This document shows, piece by piece, positions 1 through 11,748 of a DNA stretch of 64,000 bases. Numbering within the stretch: the stretch's first letter is position 1; every line of letters starts with the position of its first letter. Source of the stretch: Psammoneis japonica (taxonomy: Eukaryota); the NCBI GenBank assembly GCA_008632985.1, contig QPGO01000025.1:1-64000 (forward strand), read 5' to 3'. The notes beneath the pieces are model-generated. The model was given only the letters and a program-made list of their open reading frames with translations. It did not search any database and was not told the DNA's origin. The position numbers and the translations under genes are program-made.

Positions 1-464
1 AATCATCATCATCAAGACCTTCCCTGATGAGGGCTTTGATTACTCCCTTGCTTAACTTCGTGTTGGTCCTGCGTTTGATACAACAGAACAACAGAGCTTG
101 TTCACAAAAAGCGGTTTCGTGGCTTTATTTTATGTGCGTTTGCTCCCCTAGTCGTCAGTGCCACGTCATCTCAACGAGCGGTGGCGGCGGGCGGCGGGCG
201 CCAATGCGCGTTGAGGCCTGATATCTTCGCGATGTCTGGCGCCCTGCCCGGCGATCGGCTGCAGGGCGCTTTACTGCCCCGGGGCGCGAATGCGCGCTTG
301 TTATCCCGGCGTCTGACTGTGGTGAAATCAGACGTAGGAGTTACGAGCATACGTTAAATCAGTCATGCCTTGAAGCGGTGATGGCGGGTCCGATGACACC
401 AAAACTGCCGCCCTGGTCAGGGGTGCAGCATCTATCCACACCAGGTGGGTGCTTCTGTAGCATC

Positions 465-3400
465 TTCTGTTGCCACCACATCAAGACAGCAACATTGAAA
501 TCGAACACCACCAAGGCAGGCAACCATCACTGTGACAACCGCTGCTGCAACAAGTGTGGGGTTCCTGTGATGTGGGCCCCCCACATCAACAACCCCCAAG
601 AAGTGCACAAGCAGAGAGGGGAGGAGGGGAGCAAGGGAGCTCACTCAAAGCCACTGTGCGCCGGCTGCACTGCAAACTTGTTCTCACATTCACCCAGCAT
701 GAGCACCAAAAGATGTTAAAAATTTTGTGTGCCCCAAAAAGGGGTGGGGCTGCAAATCTTTCTGACTTCCTGACGCAGCCACTTTTTGCTTCCGCCAGCA
801 TTGGTTGGCTGTCCACGACATGCGTGTGACCAACCAAGCACTTTGGTGGCCTCCTCCAGAGACAAGTGCAACTCCCACATTGGCCAGTGCTGACAATCTT
901 GTCATGTCTTCTTGTGGTTGCTCATTGGGGCCTGCATCACCCACTGTGGCTGCCAGCGTGTGCCCTGGGTGCAGCATCGCGTCTCTGTTGCTTTCTGCTT
1001 TCTCAAGGACTCCACCCAGCTGGGTGCTGTTTCAATTGGCAGTGTCTGCAATCAACATAACTGCTGGAGAAAAAATGTGCAGTTCAACTGTGGTTGTGGA
1101 ATTTCTGCAGCCACAGCTTTGTGTGGCAGCTGCCCACCGTTGGAGGCTGTGTGTCATCTGCTGTGGCTCTGGAGGTGCTGCCATGTTTGTTGCTTCCAAG
1201 GATGCACTTCATCTGGTGGTGCAAGCACCAGCAGCTGTGGCTGCAACTCCTGCTGGAACCATGCTTGAAGAGTTGTTGCCAACTGCTTCTTGTCACACCC
1301 TTGTGCCACACCAAATGTTGTCGTGCGGCGCTTGGCTGGCTGCAAATGACAGCCACACTGCCTTCTCCATCACACATGCAACCTCTTTTGTTTGAGCCCC
1401 AATGTGTTTGCAGAGTCCCAATTTCTTGGACCTGGTGTTCTTGCATCTGCTGCCATCAGCTGTGTGCCTCCTGTTGCTGCAATGCAATGTCTCAAATTGA
1501 CAGTGCAGCTGCTGTCAATGCCCAGATGGATCTTGTGGCCACCAGCTCACCAAACATCAAGCCCATTGTGTTTGTCATGGTGCTTGTGAGTGAGCCATGT
1601 GCAGCAGTGATTTGTGCTGGTTTGCAGCTGTTGTCTGCCAGGATGGCAGCACTTTCTGCCAATGTTTGAACCAGCTTGATCTGAGCCCCAAAGGTTTCTG
1701 ATTCTGGCACTTGTGCCTTTTTCTGAGCAGCGGTGGTGGTTGCCACATTCTTCCAATGGATGGATCAGGTTGTGCCCATGCCACTTGCTGCCTCTGCAGC
1801 ACCATCATCATCTGACAAACATGGGTGCTGCCACCACTGTGTCAGCTGGTGCCAAGTTGAGCCACAGCACTCACATTGTCAACTCCACTCTTTCGCGCTG
1901 ATCTGAGCAAAACAAACAGAAATGGAGCAATGCCAAGTTTTATCGCCTTCACCTGCCAGTCATCAAATCTCTTTCCTCCACTGTCAAAGCCATTGTTGAA
2001 CTAAGCTGCACCCCCTTGCTGTGCTCCCAGCCTGCCTGCCATCATTGGCATGACCCCACAGTTCCCAACAAAAAGAGAGCAGGGCAGCAAAGTCATTTCA
2101 GGAGACACTGGCCAGCCAGCATGCGCCCATGCTTGTCCAATGCTGAGTCATTCTGCAATGTTTTTTCTTTGCCCAATGTGCTTTTGAGGGGCAAAGCAAA
2201 ATGCCATGTGGCAAAGGCACCAACTTTGACTGGCAGGCTGCCATTGCCTCATTTTGCTGCATTGTCCACCATGTGGTGAATTTTCACCTTGCTCCACTTT
2301 GCTCAATGAGACTCAACAATGCTGTGGCTTGCCAGAACATCCCTTGGACTTTGACAACTTTCTGTTGGTTGGTGTTTTTTGGGCACAAGACTTTGTTGAC
2401 AGGCAAGATTCATGGAAAGCTGCCACTGACTTTTTGTTGTTGTTGTTGAAAACTTTGATGGATTGCCAGCACGTGTGCCTGCCCACCACTGTCAGAGATG
2501 TTTCAGACACATTGATGCCCCCTGTGTGTTTCTTTCTTAAGACCTGCACTGTCTTTGGACAGATGCCACATGGATCAGGAGAGGCTGTCAGCATGCCAAC
2601 TCTGTGAGTGTCAGTCAAACCCAGATGCCTGCATGGACATCTGCCTCTCTTGCTCTTTCTCACCAGCACTCATGGCTCATTTGGCTGCAGGATGTTCTTG
2701 ATGGTGTTTGCAACAAGCTCAGCATCGCTTGTCAACTTGGTTGTTGCCAGTCTGACAGAAAGAAGAATAAAATCAACAAAATGAATCAAAGAAAAAGACC
2801 GCCACATCATTTTTGCAGTGTGTTTTGGGGTTTCAAGCAGACAAAACCTGGTGCAACAATTGCATTTGGCAAATGAGGAGAATGGTGCATCAACCTCATG
2901 TGCATCAACTCAAAAAAGAAGCTCATGTCAGAGAGAAAAGGGGGCATTTTTCTGCAGCAGTCAAGCAGCACTGGCATGTTTCTCTGCTTTCTGACATCAG
3001 TGTGCGTCACTGGATGAAAAAGAGCTCAACTGCAAACATGATCTGCCCCCCCCCCCCCCCCCNCCCAGGTGAATGCCTTGGCATCACTCACATTCAAGTG
3101 CAAGCTGCACTCTTCAAGAATGTGGGACATTGATGAAAAGTGCTTGAGTGGCAAGCTTGTGCTTGCCTGGAGCATGGACAAACAAAGGTTTTTCCAATCA
3201 CCAGCCAAATCTTCATGGGACAGGTCACACATTTGGTCTGCATGTTTTGTGCTGACTGTGCGACATTGTTGTGTGCCCACATGTGCAGAATAGCACCCAC
3301 AATGTTGTGTGTGCAATGCTTCTTTTTTTGTTTTCTAACATTCAAAGATGTCATGCAAATCTTCCAGATCAGAGATCAAAAATGATCCCTTGTCTTGCAA

Positions 3401-3468
3401 CTCATTTGGTGCAAATGAAAGACAAAGATGCTGCAAAAGCAACAATGTTGCACCACTGATGTCTCATC
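465..3468. other. TpA/CpG-depleted hypermutated block D1 (decayed repeat, family not identified)
   Basis: About 7 TpA in 3 kb by hand count; CA/TG-rich; overlapping Tyr-free, Cys/His/Gln-rich ORFs in all frames. Confidence 0.85.
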
Positions 3469-3681
3469 GGACTAGTCTACTGGCAGTCACCAGAACGTTG
3501 AGAGTGCTTCTAGCTGAAGGGGCAGCAGTCTTGCCCTAGGGCTGCTTTGCCAGTGGATGAGTCGGATGCTTGGTGGGGCGAAAAAGGTGGTGTCTTTGTT
3601 GGGCGCAGTGTCGGTGAATGGTTATTGAGTTGTTGCAGGATTCATACATTCGGTTCCTATGTAAGTAATTCAAGGCTGTTG

Positions 3682-4986
3682 CTACAAGGACTGGATTGAT
3701 TCCCCATCGCTGTCATAATACTCACTTTCCTCTTCATTCCCTAAAAACCATTCTTTGGTACCTGCTTCTGTCAGAACTTTCCAGCCAGCGTCTATCAGGA
3801 TTTGAGCAACAGCTTCGTCGTCTTTGGCCATTTCCCAAAACTTTTCAGAGGCATTGGCCACCAAAATTCCAGACGGCCTTTCGCTTAGCCAACGGCGACT
3901 TGCGTCTGCCCAAGCCTGGAATCCATTCTTTTCAGCGCATTTTGTTGTGCAGTAACAGGGTGATGGTACGATACGGCAAGGAAGCTCAAAAGCAACATGC
4001 AATTCGATCGAATTGTAAACAGCCTTTTCCTGGTCACGCACTTCCTTGCCACAACCATAACATTGCTCAATGTATTGAACTTTTGAGGTCACAGTGCCAT
4101 CGGAGATGCACAATTTTGAATCGAAAGTCTGGTTTGGAATGTTAAGGGGGGGCATTTCTTCGTTGTTTGCATGTTCTCTCTTGCGTTTTCTCTCGGATGT
4201 TACTTTGTGTGCGTGAAGATCGAGAGTTCTCCAGGGTGCAACTCTTACCGCCTCCGCACCGGGCGACTTTAGGGAAGGCATGAAACTTCCAGGGTCTGCT
4301 TCCGACACTCGTCGGTAAAGCTCTTCAACGGTCCATTGGATCCGAGCATCGTGTTCGTCGAGGTACCGTCTACCAAGAATGATACCATGACGCGAGCTGG
4401 GTGAAATACCAAGACGGGAACTGGGTGTTGTTGAATTGTTTATAGCTTCAGGTATCCAGAGTACATAGCCAGCAGATATGAAGTGTCCAAAGAGATTGTC
4501 ACCTTTGGCCACCACCAAGGCACCGTTCTCACCACTCGGTTGTGTGATATCGATTGCTGTCATGATGACATGAGAATGATCCTCGTGCTTCTTCTTGTCA
4601 CGTCCCTCTCCCATGTCCCAGCCAAGACCATCGACCATTTGGTAGTACCAAAACTCGTCCTTTCCACTCTTCTTTGGCGCGATGGTACCCGAGACATTGA
4701 AATCCATTTCCGATGCTTGAAAGGCCGAAAGATTCGGAGTCGGGACAGTCCTGGCATCTGGGTTATCTTCGCAGCCAATCCAAGAGCCCTTCCAGTCGAC
4801 GCGATCCTCCTCGTCATTGACCCTTGACATGCGACCTTCCCAGATGAATAACGTGTCTCTCCAACATCCTGTCATGATTGTTTTTGTTGGATTTGACATT
4901 ATCTGATGACACTTATCTTCAACACCAGCAGAAGATTTGAGATTGAGATGATGTTGACTGTTGACAGGCAGCGCATCAATCATCAA
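3682..4986 (-). CDS. Hypothetical protein with C-terminal Cys cluster (CYGC...CYCTTKC); start uncertain
   Basis: 434-aa ORF with normal Tyr usage and acidic tail, lying between two mutated blocks. Confidence 0.7.
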   Translation of the reverse strand: MMIDALPVNSQHHLNLKSSAGVEDKCHQIMSNPTKTIMTGCWRDTLFIWEGRMSRVNDEEDRVDWKGSWIGCEDNPDARTVPTPNLSAFQASEMDFNVSGTIAPKKSGKDEFWYYQMVDGLGWDMGEGRDKKKHEDHSHVIMTAIDITQPSGENGALVVAKGDNLFGHFISAGYVLWIPEAINNSTTPSSRLGISPSSRHGIILGRRYLDEHDARIQWTVEELYRRVSEADPGSFMPSLKSPGAEAVRVAPWRTLDLHAHKVTSERKRKREHANNEEMPPLNIPNQTFDSKLCISDGTVTSKVQYIEQCYGCGKEVRDQEKAVYNSIELHVAFELPCRIVPSPCYCTTKCAEKNGFQAWADASRRWLSERPSGILVANASEKFWEMAKDDEAVAQILIDAGWKVLTEAGTKEWFLGNEEESEYYDSDGESIQSL

Positions 4987-5049
4987 TCTTCAACCTCGGT
5001 TTAGTCCAACTAGTCAAATGATACGAGGCTTTCTGGGCGTTCTCCGCCC

Positions 5050-7320
5050 ATCACTGCGCACTGTGTCACAAACAGCAGTCTCGACAACACCTTTGCAATC
5101 GATTGATTCTCTGCAACTTTCAGCTGCATGCTGTGGTTTTAGACTCATTGCATGTCAACTCAAAACCAGCCAGATGCCATTGGTCTCATCACAGGAGCCC
5201 ACCAAGAGTCTCGCAGGGTTTTGTTCCCTCACTGCTGCCCTGCCTGTCAAAGGTGCTGGCTGCCGCTGTGAAACTGAGAAAGATCTGACTTGACCAACCA
5301 GACAAATCTCCAACTCAGTCTCTGCAGGGACAACAGTCAAACCCATCACAACCTGAAATCTTCAGCTGAGCAATGCCAAAGTGGCTCTTAAGTGCCCTGC
5401 CTTGTGTGTGGCCAACAAACACGTCTCTCTTGCCATGGCGCAGAAGTTGAGGACACACGCACAAAAACAGAGTCACTCTCTGCATGTGACACAGCTTCAA
5501 GTGACACATGTCAACTGCACCACTCAAAAAAAAAGCTGCCAAAGAGCAGCAGGCTTCCTCTTCCCAAAAGAGCTTGATGCACCCCGCAGTCTTGTGTCAA
5601 AAGCATGAGGAATGTCCACGCCACCTTGCCATCTGCAAAAAATGCTTTGACACATTTGAGTGCTGTTGCAAGTGGCAGCACACACTCTGCAGGAAAGCAA
5701 GCAACCACCAACAGACAAGCCACCATGAAATGAAAAAAGGCTCCTGCTGCAGCCTCCACAGCTGTCTTTCTGAAGTCAGGGCACAACGCTGCAGGCCCAG
5801 ACAATCTCAGCAAATTGATCGAGGACACCCCAACCATTGGGATGCAGTGAAAAGAGAAAGTCACAATTTGCCCTTTTTGGCTTGTCAACTTTGTTGGATC
5901 TCATGCTGGGAGCTGTGCAGAATGTGCACATCATGATTCCAACACATGCAACAGTGCACAATTGTCACACAAAGGCTTGCACCATGAGAGTGAGCAAACT
6001 GCCCTCATTGTTGCACTGCAGCAGTGACCAGCTTGCATTTGTCTCTGCTGTCTTTGCTCTCTCCCCTCTCTTCTTTTCAAGCAAATCATTGCTGAGCATG
6101 CAGACAGTTCAGTGCCACAAGCTGCAAGACAGACAAATTGCGCACATTCCAGACATGAGAATTTCACAGCTCTGCAGCTGATCTCACAGGCAGCAGCACC
6201 ACACAAAGCTCAGCACTCAACCTGCCACTTCTGTGGCTGGGCAGGATGGCTGCATGTTGGGCAGAGGCTCCAGCAGCTCTTTGTGCTTTGTTGGCTCCAT
6301 GCCAGCAAGCGTCAATCTCCTTTCTTGGAAATGAGTGGGCATTCATTGAAGATCTCTCCCATTTGTTGTCTGTGTTTCTCTGTGTGCAAGGTCACATGCC
6401 AAGTGTGCAGAAGATGTCATGCACCCATGTGTGCCTTTTTTTTCATTTTTCACTGCTCTCCCAGACTTTCACTGGTTTGACTCACCCTGTTGGCTGTGCC
6501 CAACTCACAAAAACTTTTGCCAAAAAGCTCCCCCCGCCATTTCACATCATGGGAGGGGAGCAACACATGTCAAAAAAAAAAAAAGAGCTCCATTTGTTTT
6601 GTGCTCTGTTTGCCACTCCTCTTGCTGCACTCTGTGTGTTGTGCATTCTTTGCCTCCAGACGAACAATGGAACACACAATTGTTCCTCATTCCACACATG
6701 CTCCATGTCCTCTGGTGCCACACAGGTGTGTGGCAGAAACTTCGAGACAACCATCTGTCAATGTCAGAAATGGAGTGCTGGATGGATCATCAAAGCTGTG
6801 TTGTGTCAACAAGTGTTGGAGAAATGCAAAGCTGACTGCCGTTCTTGCTGGGCTCTTCTGTGGTGCTGCACCAAGTTGTTTGAGACAGCACAAAAACAAG
6901 ACTCCTTTTTGGATGCTTTGTCATGGCTCTGCTGACAAAAAAAAATCAAAGAACAATCTCAAGACAGGAGCAGTTGCAAGCCACCTTCTCCAATTTGAGA
7001 TTCTTTCCTTGATGCTCATGCAACAAACAACCACAACAGAATGTGTGATGTGTGTTGAGCTCAACAAAAGAGCAATGCTCCAGTGCATTTTCAGATGCTG
7101 TTGTTGGCAGTGGTGCAGTGGCATGACAACACAGCAGCTGTTGGTGTCACACATCAGATCTTGGATGTGGTGTGAGCCACCAAAAGGTCCAAAATGAACA
7201 AGGCAGTTGTTACAATGATGGCCCCAGTTGGGCATTTCATGTGCAGATTTTCTTGTGTCACAACTGCCATGGCTGACACTTTGTCAAACAAAGCTGTGTT
7301 CAAGGTGCACTTTGAGCGTG
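5050..7320. other. TpA/CpG-depleted hypermutated block D2
   Basis: Only about 2 TpA seen in 2.2 kb (TTAG near 5140, TTAA near 5388). Confidence 0.85.
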
Positions 7321-7498
7321 ACTTTTTACCGCATAACACCAGGCACCGGTGGGGTGTGGGGCCCTCTGGCTCTACGATGTGGATGAACGTCACAAATGAG
7401 ATGCATCGTGTTAGAACATTTGCAGAAAAATGGTAATTAGCATAAGAAAGTAGCAGAAATAGTCTAGCTGATACCGCACGGCGGACACCTCATTGAAA

Positions 7499-10202
7499 CT
7501 ATTTTACGAAAAAAGTGGCGGTCGGATATAGCTGCTGCGCCTGAACTCCGGCTAGCATAAATTCAACAGTGGGTTCTTGTAGGATGTCCCGTATTGAATC
7601 AAATGTGCTGAGACCGACGCATGGTTTGTGATCTTGTAGAAACGATTCCTGTTCGGGACTAACATAACCTTGCACGTTTTCACTTAACTCGGAAGCACTA
7701 CTCACAGCTTGCGAGTTTTCGCTATCAGCCACATCATTCGTCGGACTGGGGCTCCCCTCTGTGTCTGATAAATTCGCATCAGATGAATCTCCAGCATCGC
7801 TCGCTTCTTGTTGTTCTTCTTCTGAAAAGAGCGCCTCGGTCTCGGGCTCGGCCACGCCGAGCTCATTATCCGTCTTGTTACGAGATATCTCAGGATTTCA
7901 GGTGGCTCTAAACCGTCGGGTAGCATGATTTTGATACCATTATCGTCCTCCGAATCTGGAGCGGGCGTTCCAACTACGGTTTCATCCGATGGTATACTCA
8001 ACACGCGAGGAGGCAACTTCGGGCTAGCTTCCCACCAAGGATGTCCTCCCGCCGGTTTTGATTTTGTATTCGTTTCTTTGGAGCCGGTGATGTCATTCTG
8101 TGTGTTGATAACACTATCATTTCGTCTTGAGAATCGAAATTGCTTAAGAGAGGGCGGCGTCCATGCAGTCTCGACCACCAAACCGGTCAGCCTCTGTGGG
8201 AGCATCGGTGTCATCAGCTTTACAAAGGCTCTGTTTTGCCAGCCGGGGCAGACCTCGGTTTGACCCGCCAGCATCGCTCGAACACCCTCGTGTGCTACAA
8301 TTGGAGCCGTGCGTGTATAACCCGGCAAGCTCCAGCACAAGGCCTGTTCACTACCGCTCTTGGATCGAAACCACGTGTTTCGAACAGCACCGGGCATAAG
8401 ACATGTAACCCCAACCCCATAAGGTTCAAGCTCTTTCCCCATTGACAAAGCTAGATTCTTCTCGAATGCCTTCGTCGCAGCGTAGGTGGCAACCTGAGGC
8501 CCAGCCGGCGAACAGCCAACAACAGAAGAAACAACTAAGATACGACCCCGTCCTTGTTCCTTCATGTCTCGTCCATACAAGTGATTAAGCATTGTGACGG
8601 ACATGGCGTTCACCTGGACCATCTGTCTCACGTCAGCAAGTGGCATATCAACTGATAATCCAGTGGTACAAACGCCCGCATTGTTGACCAAAATATCAAC
8701 CCGCAATCCAGCTTCACTAGTTGCCTTATGAATCTTGTCGGCGCTGTGAGGCTTTGCTAGGTCTGCAGGTAGCACACAGCATCGAACCCCGTAGCAGGTT
8801 TCAATTTCATTTGCAAGCTCTGTCAAACGGTCCGCATCACGAGCCACAAGGATGAGAGGAATGTCCCATCTGGCCAACTCAACAGCAATGGCGCGACCAA
8901 TCCCCCGGGAAGCGCCAGTCACCAGAGCATAGCCTAACTGAGGTACTTCAGCCTCTCCGTCCAGGTCTGCATCGCGTTTCTTTCGATTGCGCTTTCTCTT
9001 TTTCTCCGCATTTTTCTTCAATAACTTAAGTGCAATGAGCTCATCCATAATATCCTGACGACGAACTTTATCTTGCTGCCTTCTACGAGACTCTCTGACT
9101 CGGTTCCACTCCCGTACGGTCGACCGAAAGGTTCGCGGGTCAGGCGCCACCTCGTATAAATTTTGTAATTGACGTCTCAATTTTGGAGGCACTGAAGATA
9201 GCCCTTTCTGTAACGTGGCATCTTCTTCCTCCTCTTCGTTGCTTTTGGGTATATTGCTACTGGTGGGGAAAACCTCCTCTTCCACAAGCGAGGCATCAAC
9301 ATCGTCAACATTGGTTACCTCTTCGGGTAAGAAAGGGGGTAGCACCGCCTGCTGCGTATCTCGATACTGACTTTTGAGAGGCAATGGTACAAGACGACGC
9401 TTTCGATTGATTTCTGAGTGGGACCAACTCAGGATTGCAACGCCGACGTATCCCATCACAAGGTTACGAGCAAAAGCGTTTCGAAAAAAGGGTGGAGTTC
9501 GAGTTGTCACTTCACCAATTGTTACACGGCGAGGCAAGGTTGCAATAAGAATCAGTGGGGGAGCTGCAGGTGGCAAATGAAGCCATAAGTCACTTCCGAC
9601 TAGAAATAGAGATTCAAACCGAATTCAGATTGAGTCAGTGATGTTGTAATGAAAAGATGAAGGCTGTGACCCGAATGAGAAATCATACCTTGCTGCATCT
9701 GACGAGCCCCAATTCTTGCACGCTGACGAAAGTACAACCAAAAGAGTTGTGCATTGCTACGATAGCTCCCCTCCTCTGATGATGAAGGTTTTGATGATTG
9801 AGACTCGCCATAATCTCGCCTCTGTCGTTCTCGTTCTTGAGCCAGCAGATTGAACGGCCACGGGGGCCACATGCTTCCTTCACTTGATACTGCTACGGCC
9901 TTTTCATGAGAATTAGAAGCCGAATGTGCAGATCGCCTTCTCGACGATAAGAAAAGCGGATTATTATGCCGAGCGCTACTTCGACCAAGATTATGATCGG
10001 CATCTTGGGAATTTACACGTGACAGTCTTCGCGTTGCCCCATCAATCGGCGATGAATTCGCTAGCGCGCATTGCAGCAGTATAACGAAAACAACTTTTAG
10101 ACAGAAGGCAAGATTTCCTTTGAGACACAGAAAGCTCAGAGAAGAAGTCGCTACGTTCGGCGAACTGTGCATGGTGCTATCTCGCCGTTTGCAATCGGCC
10201 AT
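7499..10202 (-). CDS. Short-chain dehydrogenase/reductase with N-terminal extension; intron 9688-9600; probable 1-nt frameshift near 7895
   Basis: TGASRGIG, NNAG and YAATK motifs; a GT..AG intron joins ORFs 9600-10202 and 7702-9576 in frame; acidic tail continues in ORF 7499-7855. Confidence 0.85.
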
Positions 10203-10687
10203 CGTTGCTTGTGAGTTCTTGTGAAGATCGAAGATGCAGGAGATGTTTTGGAGTTTTCTGTTGAGGGACGGACGGCGATGCGGATGGACGGACGTACATA
10301 GCGTAGGACGGCATATTGTACGTAGGGCCCCCCACTGTAGCCCGTATGAATAGCTCCTCTGATCCTACTTCTAATCTGATTCTGGCCGGCTAGAAATAGG
10401 ACCTCTCTAGAGAGGGCCTATTCCAATTCATGTTGATCAACTGTGATGGTACCTATTATTTACAGTCTTTTGCTTATGAAGGGGAACAACAGAGCCACGT
10501 ATGTTAAGTAGTAGACGACGACTCCGTCAAGACAGACTTCAATTACTGCTCGTTGATAGCTTCACTCGCTACTTTGGTTGCTTAATGTGTCTAACAGTGT
10601 CCCAATGAAAACATGTCACAGCCCTTTTGTGCATTGTGTTGTTACAGTGCGTTTCGGCAAGAGTACAGGGCCGCAAAATGCAAACCC

Positions 10688-11332
10688 CTATCGTTTCGGT
10701 TTGTCATCGATACCGCGTTTGTCGTCTGCTTTCGCCGACGCTCGAAGGGCTTCCTCGAGCTGTTCAAATCTTGATTTCTTGTCTTTCATTAACAAATCAT
10801 CATTATCATTGCTAAGCTCATCAAGGACATCAGAATCGACGCCACATCTTTCAAGGAACTCGCGCGGATCAATAACAGTTTTGTCTCGAACAATCACGGC
10901 TTGGAACAATACTTGTGCGAGCACCTTGCTTCCCTTGTCTTGAGGATTTCGAAACATCTGGTAAAACCACAGATTTCTCTTGTCAATAGACCCTACGTAT
11001 GTTTCGATATCAAACCTCTTAAAGAGCGGACCAATCTCCTTTCGGTATCGAATTGCAGCACCAGTAACTACAAGCATTGATTCTTCACGAACATGCACAT
11101 CCAAAACTCCAGTGTATGCTCCCAATTCCCATCGAGCAAGCTCCGCATGCGTAAGGTACGACGCATTGTTCATGTGACCGAGAAGGTCAACGTCCCAAAC
11201 GCCAGCACGTGCTTGGTACCTTACAGGATTGTTGCGACCTACACCGGCGTTGGGGCTTGGTGGCATAGCCCGTCGTTTATAATATCCCCTTGCACAAGAA
11301 ACCATTACCCGGGGGATGTGAAGAAGACCCAT
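10688..11332 (-). CDS. Hot-dog fold thioesterase (4HBT/THEM6-like)
   Basis: DVDLLGHMNNASYL..AELARW motif. Confidence 0.85.
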   Translation of the reverse strand: MGLLHIPRVMVSCARGYYKRRAMPPSPNAGVGRNNPVRYQARAGVWDVDLLGHMNNASYLTHAELARWELGAYTGVLDVHVREESMLVVTGAAIRYRKEIGPLFKRFDIETYVGSIDKRNLWFYQMFRNPQDKGSKVLAQVLFQAVIVRDKTVIDPREFLERCGVDSDVLDELSNDNDDLLMKDKKSRFEQLEEALRASAKADDKRGIDDKPKR

Positions 11333-11748
11333 TGTCGACCGTAGTTGTCTCCGCTTCTTCCTGCTACGACTACAGGCTGATAGACCAATACAACTGGTTC
11401 ATTCCAGAGAGATACCCGCTGCACCTTCGCTTTTATAATCTCGAGAGGGATATGATGCGATGATTGATATGATGGTCGCGGATACGCCACGACTGATCTA
11501 AATGAATGAATAGCCGTTGCGATGAATATATGATGTAAATTCAGGATTGAATATTATATTCCCCTATCTGATCTAACGGTCACTATTCTGGATTTTCAGC
11601 TCACCAATCGCATCGAGAGAAAAGAACAAAGACGCGGTTCATTCCAAGAAGCTGTCGCAACTTGTTACCACAATACGACTACATAACAGGCTTTATAGAA
11701 CTTTAGCTGTACCGGTTGAGATCTTTGCTGCTCAACTTTTTGTAGAAA

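Noticed and set aside
3046..3066. Poly-C run containing an N
   Set aside because: Likely an assembly or sequencing problem; no functional claim possible.
378..7436. Numerous 60-235 aa ORFs inside D1 and D2 (likewise 31498-32664, 56765-57604, 59046-60047)
   Set aside because: Tyr-free and overlapping in all frames; explained by loss of TAA/TAG, not by genes.
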